From Macrostomum hystrix (taxonomy: Eukaryota > Animalia > Platyhelminthes), in assembly GCA_950097015.1 (NCBI GenBank), contig CATNEN010000038.1, forward strand, positions 27,342,001-27,406,000: a stretch of 64,000 nt of DNA, in the 5' to 3' direction. The notes beneath the pieces were generated by a model, which saw only the letters and a list, made by a program, of their open reading frames with translations, was not told the origin of the DNA and made no database searches. Of the stretch, positions 1 through 11,545 are shown in pieces. The position numbers and the translations under genes were made by a program. How positions within the stretch are numbered: position 1 is the stretch's first letter; each line of letters starts with the position of its first letter.

Positions 1-17
1 GATGATCCTGTTCCGAT

Positions 18-350
18 TTCATTGTGTCTAACATGTACTTCATTCTGTCTCACAGGTACTTCATTGTGTCTAACAGGTACTTCATTCTGTCTAACAGACC
101 TACTTCATTCTGTCTAACAGGTACTTCATTCTGTCTAACAGGTACTTCATTCTGTCTAACAGGTACTTCATTCTGTCTAACAGGTACTTCATTCTGTCTC
201 ATAGGTACTTCATTCTGTCTAACATTTACTTCATTCTGTCTCACAGGTACTTCATTGTGTCTAACATGTACTTCATTCTGTCTAACATGTACTTCATTGT
301 GTCTAACATGTACTTCATTCTGTCTAACATGTTCACCGTCTTGTCTAACA
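18..350. repeat. 21-bp minisatellite (TTCATTCTGTCTAACAGGTAC)
   Basis: About 15 tandem units. Confidence 0.95.
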
Positions 351-778
351 GATGCTTGATCCTATTTAACAGTTTGTAGGTTTACTATTTAATATAACAT
401 TAAAACACTGAGAAGTAGTGAACCCTTTCTAAAGCCTTATATCTTGAAGCCTAGCGGAATCTATTTTTCAACCTAAAATGCACTTTCTGAAAGCAAGAAG
501 TGAGTTCACCAGATAAAGTCAAGGCATTGTTTAGCAGCTCTCATGCCTGTCAAACACTGCCAGTTATTTATTAACCTGCCTAGAATGCTGTTATATATTG
601 AGCGATGGCGTTATACGAGTGCAAATATAAGCACTTAAACAAAGCATCAGTTTATAACTTCATTCTGAAACCCTGCGCAGAAATATATTTTCAGTACTAC
701 TAACAGTAATAAACACAGTAACGGAAAAGTTCAATAACATTTAAAGTAATTTTTAAGTACATTTAGATTTTACAGGTC

Positions 779-2048
779 TACAGCCTGTCTAACATGATTA
801 CAGCCTGTCTAACATGATTACAGCCTGTCTAACATGATTACAGCCTGTCTAACATGATTACAGCCTGTCTAACATGATTACAGCCTGTCTAACATGATTA
901 CAGCCTGTCTAACATGATTACAGCCTGTCTAACATGATTACAGCCTGGCTAACATGATTACAGCCTGTCTAACATGATTACAGCCTGTCTAACATGATTA
1001 CAGCCTGTCTAACATGATTACAGCCTGTCTAACATGATTACAGCCTGTCTAACATGATTACAGCCTGGCTAACATGATTACAGCCTGGCTAACATGATTA
1101 CAGCCTGTCTAACATGATTACAGCCTGTCTAACATGATTACAGCCTGTCTAACATGATTACAGCCTGTCTAACATGATTACAGCCTGGCTAACATGATTA
1201 CAGCCTGGCTAACATGATTACAGCCTGTCTAACATGATTACAGCCTGTCTAACATGATTACAGCCTGTCTAACATGATTACAGCCTGGCTAACATGATTA
1301 CAGCCTGGCTAACATGATTACAGCCTGGCTAACATGATTACAGCCTGTCTAACATGATTACAGCCTGTCTAACATGATTACAGCCTGTCTAACATGATTA
1401 CAGCCTGTCTAACATGATTACAGCCTGTCTAACATGATTACAGCCTGTCTAACATGATTACAGCCTGTCTAACATGATTACAGCCTGGCTATCATGATTA
1501 CAGCCTGGCTAACATGATTACAGCCTGTCTAACATGATTACAGCCTGTCTAACATGATTACAGCCTGGCTAACATGATTACAGCCTGTCTAACATGATTA
1601 CAGCCTGTCTAACATGATTACAGCCTGTCTAACATGATTACAGCCTGGCTAACATGATTACAGCCTGGCTAACATGATTACAGCCTGTCTAACATGATTA
1701 CAGCCTGTCTAACATGATTACAGCCTGTCTAACATGATTACAGCCTGTCTAACATGATTACAGCCTGTCTAACATGATTACAGCCTGGCTATCATGATTA
1801 CAGCCTGGCTAACATGATTACAGCCTGTCTAACATGATTACAGCCTGTCTAACATGATTACAGCCTGTCTAACATGATTACAGCCTGTTTAACATGATTA
1901 CAGCCTGGCTATCATGATTACAGCCTGGCTAACATGATTACAGCCTGTCTAACATGATTACAGCCTGTCTAACATGATTACAGCCTGTCTAACATGATTA
2001 CAGCCTGTCTAACATGATTACAGCCTGTCTAACATGATTACAGCCTGT
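779..2048. repeat. 20-bp minisatellite (CAGCCTGTCTAACATGATTA), 3' of NOL9
   Basis: About 63 nearly identical units; T/G variant at one position. Confidence 0.98.
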
Positions 2049-2275
2049 GTTTTAAAATACAATAATTAAAGTATAACAGTAAATATTTCACCCAAAATGA
2101 CTTTAAGGTAATACACGAGTAAAAGTCTTCCAGAAAGCCAGAAAAAAGAAAACAGAACACTACAATTCAACATATTCGAATGATACAGCAAAGCAATAAA
2201 AAAAGGTTTAATTAATTGTGTCATACAGCCAACACGAGCTTATAAATATTCATAGATTAATTAGAAGACAGTTAC

Positions 2276-5200
2276 TCATCGCTTAGCAAGGTGACGATGC
2301 TTTAACGGCCTACGCTCAGCCCGGAGGCGCAGAGAACCGATGCCGCAGTCGGGCATATCGCCGACGTACGGCGGCGGAGCGACAGTCGGCGAGTCGGCCG
2401 ACAACGCGTCATCCAACGGTTTTGGCTGCAGGCGAGCGAGAAACGGCAGCGGCAGATCTGGCACGCAGTGCAAAATGAACTGAACTCTTGGCAGCCGGTC
2501 CGGTTGCAGCCACGTCTGAATGCACAGCTCGTGTCTGGCTGTATCAACGCATCGAACTAAGCCGACGCCGATGCAGCCGTGCCTGTCCGGCATGCGGTTA
2601 AGCCGACACAATAGGCGGTGATTCTTTGCCTGCGATGATGACGTAGGATTGTCCGCGGACTGGTCGAAATTGTCTTCGTCAATAGTGCACAGGCCAACTA
2701 AAGAGGCGTTTAGGACCTGCGAGTTAACCGAGGAAGAATTTCAATTATTTTTTTGAATATCACAAATCTCAGGTATTGTTGGTCATAGAAGTTTATTAGG
2801 GCGAGAATCTCAGGTATTCTTGGTCATAGAAGTTTATTAGGGCGAGAATCTCAGGTATTCTTGGTCATAAAGTTTATTAGGGCGAGAATCTCAGGTATTC
2901 TTGGTCATAAAGTTTATTAGGGCGAGAATCTCAGGTATTCTTGGTCATAAAGTTTATTAGGGCGAGAATCTCAGGTATTTTTGGTCATAGAAGTTTATTA
3001 GGGCGAGAATCTCAGGTATTTTTGGTCATAAAGTTTATTAGGGCGAGAATCTCAGGTATTTTTGGTCATAAAGTTTATTAGGGCGAGAATCTCAGGTATT
3101 CTTGGTCATAGAAGTTTATTCGGGCGAGAATCTCAGGTATTTTTGGTCATAGAAGTTTATTAGGGCGAGAATCTTAGGTATCGCAAGAATCTGAGGTATT
3201 TTAGGTCATAGTTTATGACGAGAATCTGAGGTATTTTCTGCAATAGTTTATGACCAGAATCTGAGGTATTTTCTGTCATTCTTTATGACCAGAATCTGAG
3301 GTATTTTCTGTCATTCTTTATGACGAGAATCTAAGATATTTTCTGTCATTCTTTATGACGAGAATCTGAGATATTTTCTGCCATAGTTTATGACGAGAAT
3401 CTGAGGTATTTTCTGCAATAGTTTATGACCAGAATCTGAGGTATTTTCTGTCATTCTTTATGACCAGAATCTGAGGTATTTTCTGTCATTCTTTATGACC
3501 AGAATCTGAGGTATTTTCTGTCATTCTTTATGACCAGAATCTGAGGTATTTTCTGTCATTCTTTATGACCAGAATCTGAGATATTTTCTGTCATTCTTTA
3601 TGACGAGAATCTGAGATATTTTCTGTCACTCTTTATGACGAGAATCTGAGACATTTTCGGTCATTCTTTATGACGAGAATCTTAGATATTTTCTGTCATT
3701 CTTTATGACCAGAATCTGAGGTATTTTCTGCCATAGTTTATGACCAGAACCTGAGGCATTTTCTGCCATAGTTTATGACCAGAATCTGAGGTATTTTCTG
3801 TCATTCTTTATGACCAGAATCTGAGATATTTTCTGTCATTCTTTATGACGAGAATCTGAGATATTTTCTGTTATTCTTTATGACGAGAATCTTAGATATT
3901 TTCTGTCATTCTTTATGACCAGAATCTGGGGTATTTTCTGCCCTAGTTTATGACCAGAATCTGAGGTATTTTCTGCCATAGTTTATGACCAGAATCTGAG
4001 GTATTTTCTGTCATTCTTTATGACCAGAATCTGAGGTATTTTCTGTCATTCTTTATGACCAGAATCTGAGATATTTTCTGTCATTCTTTATGACCAGAAT
4101 CTGAGGTATTTTCTGCCATAGTTTATGACCAGAACCTGAGGTATTTTATGTCATTCTTTATGACCAGAACCTGAGGTATTTTCTGCCATAGTTTATGACC
4201 AGAATCTGAGGTTTTTTCGGTCATAGCCTTAACCTTGTCCAATGAGCCAGCGCTGAGGCTGTCTCTACCGGAGCCGGCAACGAACACGCCCTCCAGTGTA
4301 TGAAACGGCACCCGATATACCGGACAATTGTTCAACGGCAGAATGGTAGCCAAAACCGACAATTCGCGCTGTTGCGGCGCACCGTATCGGGTTGGCTGAC
4401 TGCGCAATTTGCCCGGCACGCAGATTAACAAATACTGGGCCATAGCGCTTTTGTCGCTGTTAGTAGTATTATTAGTAGTTGTTGTTGTCATTGGTAACGG
4501 CGGTTGCCAAGAGCGTAATCTCGGCGACGAAGAATCGTTCCATAAGTAGTCCGGAGTAAGAAGTGATGGCAAATTTCTACTTGGCAATTCAGATTCAATT
4601 TGAATTAAATAGCTGGGCGATAATAGGCGAATAGTCTCGCATAGTAACACCAGGCCAAGGCCATTTGTCCAGCCCATTGTGTTAACTACTAGAGGGTGGC
4701 TTAGCTCCGAGGCTAATGCTGTCAGGCGAGCTACAGCGGATAAATAGTCAGTGGGGCTGCCCGGACTGCAGCCGCCGAGACAGCAGGCGGCTATGATGCT
4801 GGGTCGGTGATCTTGCTCGCGGCTGGTCGAGTCGTCAGTTGAGCAGTCGCTAGTGGCGCCGGTTACTGACGCACTGAGTTGATTGAAAATGAAAGTTTTG
4901 GTTAGCTGCATAAATATACATAATTTGAGAATTTAAAATGGTGCTAAAAAGCCACTGTTTATGCTTGAGTTTAGCTATGATGACGACCTAATAAGAGCGA
5001 ACAAAAAACTGACAGACATAGAATATAACGCCAAACAGAACAGACAGACAGACAGACAGGCTGACAGACAGACAGAAAGGCTGACAGACAGACAGCCATC
5101 AAAAGCTCTTCGCTGTCCAAAGCCACCGGACCGGACGGCCTTTCCCCCATCGTCCTGAAGCATCTTGGACCAAGGGGAATTGCCTTCCTCTGCTGCTTAT

Positions 5201-8200
5201 TCAATCTGAGCCTTACCACCAGTATCGTTCCTAGCACCTGGATTTCTGCCAAGGTAGTGCCTCTTCTCAAAGCGGACAATGATGCTACCTGCAGCTCTTC
5301 CTACAGGCCTATCTCCATCCTTTCTCTAGCCGCCAAATTGCTGGAAAAGTGCCTGCTGTCCACCTTTCAGAGCGCACTCCTGCTTCCCACCTGGCAGCAT
5401 GGCTTCCGCGCGGGGCACTCCACCACCACCGCCCTCACCAGCCTCAACAGCTCCATCAGCAACGGCCTTAACCAACCTAAACCTGCTGAGAGGACTCTGC
5501 TCGTCGCACTTGATCTGCAAAAAGCATTCGACAAAGTTAATCATGCCAAGCTCCTCCGGATGCTCTTCAACTCCAGCCTTCCGAAATGCCTCACCAGGTG
5601 GCTCAGTGCGTACCTATGCGGTCGGAGCACGAGAGTCCTCTTCCGCGGCTCGCTCTCCTCGGCCAGGCGTCTCAGAGCGGGCGTGCCTCAGGGAGGGGTT
5701 CTGTCCCCGCTTCTCTTTGCCTTTTACATGAGCGACATCCCGGCTCCTCCTGCCCAGATCCAGCTGACTCAATATGCTGACTCCCTGCTTGTCACCTACA
5801 AAGCTGTCTCCAGGGCCCACGTCAACTACTGAGCTCCTGTCTGGGCGCCCTACCTCAGCCCCTCCAGCTGGTCGCTTATCCAGACTGCGCAGAACGCAGC
5901 GCTTAGAATCATCACCGGGTGCCACAGCTGCTCGGGCATCGATCATCTCAATGACGAATGTATGATCCTGCCGGTGTCCCTGCACTCTGAACTTCTGGCA
6001 GCGCAGTTCTGAGTGCAAGCGCTTCATCCGTGCCACCCATGTCATCACCTATCGCTCGTCCTAGCCCCGCGGCGGCAACTCCGCTCGTCGCTCACCTCCT
6101 GCGCCACCAACTTCATCAACGTGCATCAGCCGCTTCTCCGTCCTTCCTCCGGTCCGCTCACCACCCACCAACTTTCCAACGCCCTCCACACCGCTTGCGT
6201 GCAGAAACGCCTGCTGGACCGGCAACCTAATCGGGTCCTCGGCGCGCCACCGCCTGTGATCGACGCTTCCGAGACGCAGTTGCCGCGCTTCGCCCGGGCC
6301 ACGCTAGCCCAACTCCGGTCGGGTTTCTGCCTTCACCTGGCCAGTTATAAGCACCGCCTCGGCCAGGAGTCGCCTGCCACCTGCCCGCGGTGCCACGGCG
6401 AGGAAGAGTCGGTCACGCATCTGTTCGCCTGCCCGGCTCGTCCCACCTCGCTCGTCCCGCGGGATCTCTGGTCCCAGCCCAAGACCGTCTGGGCCCTCTT
6501 CGCCGAGCTTTTCCCAGGAGCAGGTACTGGCCCTGGCCCGCCGAGCCCAGGTTAACATACACAGATGGAAAGGCTGACAGACAGGCAGGCAGGCAGACAG
6601 CTAGCAAGGACTAATAAGCAAAAGATGAGTAATAACCAAAAATAGCGTTGACTATCCAGCCAGCTCACCAAGTATCTTTAGGCAGCTCCTGTGCAGCGAA
6701 TGCCTGATGAGTGAAGGGCGGCCCCAGCAGCGGCTGACGCACCAGAGTGAGGGACAAAAATCCCGGCGGAGTAAACTCAGTCTGGCCTGGGTCGCAGTCC
6801 AGGTAGGCGACACCTGTTTGGACAGACGGTGGGTGCTGCGAGTGCGGCTTCAAGGTATTCGTCGAGGTCAAGCCTTGATTGTCGCCTTAAACTTGGCTTG
6901 GCTACAATTCTCGCCCTAAACCTATAACGGCGAAGCTAAGATTCACGCCTTAAAACAAATGACGGCGAATCAAAGATTCTCGCCCGAAACCTATAACGGC
7001 GAAGCTAAGAATCTCGCCTTAAAACAAATGACGACGAAGCTAAGATTCTCGCCTTAAAACAAATGACGGCGAATCAAAGATTCTCGCCCGAAACCTATAA
7101 CGGCGAAGCTAAGAATCTCGCCTTAAAACAAATGACGACGAAGCTAAGATTCTCGCCTTAAAACAAATGACAACGAAGCTAAGATTCTCGCCCTAAACAT
7201 GTAACGGCGAAACTAAGATTCTCGCCTTAAAACAAATGACGGCGAATCAAAGATTCTTGCCCTAACCCTATAACGGCGAAGCTTAGAATCTCGCCTTAAA
7301 ACAAATGACGGCGAAGCCAAGATTCTCGCCTTAAAACAAATGACGACGAAGCTTAGATTCTCGCCTTAAAACAAATGACGGCGAAGCCAAGATTCTCGCC
7401 TTAAAAAATGACGGCGAAGCTAAGAATCTCGCCTTAAAACAAATGACGACGAAGCTTAGATTCTCGCCTTAGAACAAATGACGGCGAATCAAAGATTCTC
7501 GCCCTAAACCTATAACGGCGAAGCTTAGAATATCGCCTTTAAACAAATGACGGCGAATCAAAGATTCTCGCCCTAAACCTATAACGGCGAAGCTAAGATT
7601 CTCGCCCTAAACCTATAACGGCGAAGCTAAGATTCTCGCCCTAAACCTAGAGCCTTTCGCCTTACTAAGAGAAGCAGTTTTCCTTCAATTGCAAATCACA
7701 TACCATCAACACCAGCAGACAGAAGTTGATTAACTAGGCACCTGGAAATGCTACTCTTGCCGGAGTTTCTAGGACCGCAGACAACAAACTGCTGCTGTTT
7801 CTTATCCTTCTGATTGCACGCAGCGGCTGCAGCAGCGGCGACAGCATCGCCAATTCGACCTGTCCAAAGCTGATCGTCTGGCAGGTGAACGCGAAACTCA
7901 TCCGAGACGGAGCGAAGAAGCTTAACTGAGCCAAGATACAAGCGATGAGTTGGCGACTCGGACACCAGCTGCAAACTGAGCGGATGATGCTTCGGCGGCG
8001 CTAGCACGTACCTTAGGGATCGGGATTTGGTTTTCATCAATACTGACGCATTCATTGGAGACAGTGGAAGCAGGTAAGCAGGCACACGCTCACACAGGTG
8101 TGTACTTTCACTGTGCCTTGGAGGTTGGCCCTCAAAAGGCTGTAAATTGCACGACAAGGCACCAAGCCTTTTCTACGCGGACCTTGCAGCGAGAGGCAAA

Positions 8201-8907
8201 ATGAGCAAGACTTGCCCTGCCACTCAACCCATGGATAGCTCTAATACACGAACGTACGTTTCCCGACCCTAAGCGGATTCGAACCCAGGGACTTTGGTAC
8301 AATTAGGTAGGCGTTTTTCAAGCAAAAAACATATTTGAAGGTAGACTAACTTGAAAATGTGATGTTTAGCGAAGGCCTCGCCGTAGCCCACTGGTCGCAA
8401 TGGTTTGCAAGCTAGGGCGCAAAATTTTCTATTAGAAAATCGATCAGAATTGCTAGATACTACTTGTAGTACGCTGTTTAACAAACTCGATTCCGGATCT
8501 ACTTTGTCAGGCTTGTATAAATCAATAGGCCCATACTGCAATTCAATAGAGAGCCAACTAATATTCTCAGTCGAGTAAACAGGGAACCATTCGCTTTGTC
8601 GCAAATTAAATTGTACAATTTTTCCACCGCCAATTAGACAGTTGAGATTACAACAGCCGCAAATCACGGCAATAGAGTCTGAGTCTTCTGCTACTGCTCC
8701 AGTAGCAATGTCTGGTTCCAGAAACAGAGCTACACTAACAGATTGATTAGGAAAATCTAATCTATAGCAATCATTGTCCAGCTGAATCAGATTGGGCTGT
8801 AGATCCGAGTCGCTAGTCATTTGATGATCCTGTTCCGATTGTTGCAATTGACTGAGTTCTAATTCACGTTTTTTCTTACGTTTGGGTTCTTCCAACTGAG
8901 TTGACAT
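2276..8907 (-). CDS. NOL9: Polynucleotide 5'-hydroxyl kinase NOL9/Grc3 (Clp1-family P-loop kinase); exons 8907-8351, 8011-7704, 6813-6669, 4873-4234, 2716-2276; about 696 aa
   Basis: Walker A VVCGPRNSGKS, YLDCDPGQTEFTPPG, LVVNTMGW, VLNASLVGLC and CIGVGLVRCVD motifs; four GT-AG introns with matching phases (2,1,2,0) give one ORF of 2091 nt. Confidence 0.9.
2765..4225. repeat. Compound intronic minisatellite: 40-41-bp units (2765-3183) grading into 35-bp units (3186-4225), NOL9 intron 4
   Basis: GGGCGAGAATCTCAGGTATTCTTGGTCATAAAGTTTATTA and TGACCAGAATCTGAGGTATTTTCTGTCATTCTTTA. Confidence 0.95.
5095..6555 (+). mobile_element. 5'-truncated, inactivated non-LTR retrotransposon (RT plus C-terminal zinc knuckle) in NOL9 intron 3, antisense to the gene
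   Basis: KATGPDG, SYRPISIL, QHGFR, LDLQKAFD, GVPQGGVLSPLLF, YAD then an internal deletion, QNAALRIITG, LAQLRSG, CPRC..E.SVTHLFAC; in-frame TGA stops at 5830 and 6010; flanked by (CAGA/CAGG)n. Confidence 0.9.
6908..7648. repeat. 34-35-bp intronic minisatellite, NOL9 intron 2
   Basis: GATTCTCGCCTTAAAACAAATGACGGCGAAGCTAA units. Confidence 0.95.
8075..8225 (-). mobile_element. Degenerate SINE family A copy (NOL9 intron 1)
   Basis: CACTGTGCCTTGGAGGTTGGCCCTC...AAATTGCACGACAAG...CTGCCACTCA. Confidence 0.7.
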
Positions 8908-9258
8908 ACTACTTACTCACTTAGTAGTATTGAATAATCAACTTATGATTTTGCTTCTATTTTTGTTGCTGAAGAGCGCTGAAAAAATGTGTATAGATTA
9001 TAAATTAATATTTTATATTTACTTAAGCAAAACACACGCCACGCAGTAATATGGGTTTCCATGGACTGAACAGTTGAACTCGTACATGGTGTTTGCAAAA
9101 GTTCAATTCTTTTTCGTATTACCCTAATCTACGGGTGTATTATAAATAATTATACATCATCAATGATTGATTGATTAATCAAGACTGAAGACATATATAA
9201 ACAAAGTTGTTAAGCACATAATTTATCTCAATTTTATTTGTATAATTGTCTTGAACAA

Positions 9259-11462
9259 CTGAATAATCGGGGGATAGCTGAGGGAGAGCAATCCCTGAAG
9301 AATCGGGGGTTAGCTGAGGGAGAGCAATCCCTGAATAATCGGGGGATAGCTGAGGGAGAGCACTCCCTGAAGAATCGGGGGTTAGCTGAGGGAGAGCACT
9401 CCCTGAAGAATCGGGGGATAGCTGAGGGAGAGCAATCCCTGAATAATCGGGGGATAGCTGAGGGAGAGCACTCCCTGAAGAATCGGTGGTTAGCTGAGGG
9501 AGAGCACTCCCTGAAGAATCGGTGGTTAGCTGAGGGAGAGCAATCCCTGAAGAATCGGTGGTTAGCTGAGGGAGAGCACTCCCTGAAGAATCGGTGGTTA
9601 GCTGAGGGAGAGCACTCCCTGAAGAATCGGTGGTTAGCTGAGGGAGAGCAATCCCTGAAGAATCGGGGGATAGCTGAGGGAGAGCACTTCCTGAAGAATC
9701 GGGGGTTAGCTGAGGGAGAGCAATCCCTGAATAATCGGGGGATAGCTGAGGGAGAGCACTCCCTGAAGAATCGGGGGTTAGCTGAGGGAGAGCACTCCCT
9801 GAAGAATCGGGGGTTAGCTGAGGGAGAACACTCCCTGAAGAATCGGGGGTTAGCTGAGGGAGAACACTCCCTGAAGAATCGGTGGTTAGCTGAGGGAGAG
9901 CACTCCATGAAGAATCGGTGGTTAGCTGAGGGAGAGCACTCCCTGAAGAATCGGGGGTTAGCTGAGGGAGAGCACTCCATGAAGAATCGGGGGTTAGCTG
10001 AGGGAGAGCAATCCCTGAATAATCGGGGGATAGCTGAGGGAGAGCACTCCCTGAAGAATCGGGGGTTAGCTGAGGGAGAGCACTCCCTGAAGAATCGGGG
10101 GATAGCTGAGGGAGAGCAATCCCTGAATAATCGGGGGATAGCTGAGGGAGAGCACTCCCTGAAGAATCGGTGGTTAGCTGAGGGAGAGCACTCCCTGAAG
10201 AATCGGTGGTTAGCTGAGGGAGAGCAATCCCTGAAGAATCGGTGGTTAGCTGAGGGAGAGCACTCCCTGAAGAATCGGTGGTTAGCTGAGGGAGAGCAAT
10301 CCCTGAAGAATCGGGGGTTAGCTGAGGGAGAGCAATCCCTGAAGAATCGGTGGTTAGCTGAGGGAGAGCACTCCCTGAAGAATCGGTGGTTAGCTGAGGG
10401 AGAGCAATCCCTGAAGAATCGGGGGATAGCTGAGGGAGAGCACTTCCTGAAGAATCGGGGGTTAGCTGAGGGAGAGCAATCCCTGAATAATCGGGGGATA
10501 GCTGAGGGAGAGCACTCCCTGAAGAATCGGGGGTTAGCTGAGGGAGAGCACTCCCTGAAGAATCGGGGGTTAGCTGAGGGAGAACACTCCCTGAAGAATC
10601 GGGGGTTAGCTGAGGGAGAACACTCCCTGAAGAATCGGTGGTTAGCTGAGGGAGAGCACTCCATGAAGAATCGGTGGTTAGCTGAGGGAGAGCACTCCCT
10701 GAAGAATCGGGGGTTAGCTGAGGGAGAGCACTCCATGAAGAATCGGGGGTTAGCTGAGGGAGAGCACTCCATGAAGAATCGGTGGTTAGCTGAGGGAGAG
10801 CACTCCCTGAAGAATCGGGGGTTAGCTGAGGGAGAACACTACCTGAAGAATCGGGGGATAGCTGAGGGAGAGCAATCCCTGAAGAATCGGGGGATAGCTG
10901 AGGGAGAGCAATCCCTGAAGAATCGGGGGTTAGCTGAGGGAGAGCACTCCCTGAAGAATCGGTGGTTAGCTGAGGGAGAGCACTCCCTGAAGAATCTGGG
11001 GATAGCTGAGGGAGAGCAATACCTGAAGAATCGGGGGTTAGCTGAGGGAGAGCAATCCCTGAAGAATCTGGGGATAGCTGAGGGAGAGCAATCCCTGAAG
11101 AATCGGGGGTTAGCTGAGGGAGAGCAATCCCTGAAGAATCTGGGGATAGCTGAGGGAGAGCACTCCCTGAAGAATCTGGGGATAGCTGAGGGAGAGCAAT
11201 ACCTGAAGAATCGGGGGTTAGCTGAGGGAGAGCAATCCCTGAAGAATCGGGGGATAGCTGAGGGAGAGCAATCCCTGAAGAATCGGGGGTTAGCTGAGGG
11301 AGAGCAATACCTGAAGAATCGGGGGTTAGCTGAGGGAGAGCAATCCCTGAAGAATCTGGGGATAGCTGAGGGAGAGCAATACCTGAAGAATCGGTGGTTA
11401 GCTGAGGGAGAGCAATCCCTGAAGAATCGGTGGTTAGCTGAGGGAGAGCACTCCCTGAAGAA
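9259..11462. repeat. 36-bp minisatellite between OSGEP and NOL9
   Basis: GCTGAGGGAGAGCACTCCCTGAAGAATCGGGGGTTA, about 61 units. Confidence 0.98.
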
Positions 11463-11545
11463 GCAGATGGAGAAGTCTCATAACCAAAAGGATTTGGTTA
11501 AAAAAGCTGTTTGAATTTGAAGTTTGAAATTTGAAGTTGCAAAAG

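Noticed and set aside
779-2048. CRISPR-like regular arrays here and elsewhere
   Set aside because: No unique spacers, no cas genes, eukaryotic intron-exon context.
9234-11514. 758-aa and 512-aa ORFs of 12-aa repeats on both strands
   Set aside because: Read-through of a stop-free 36-bp minisatellite; open on both strands, non-ATG start on +, no domain content.
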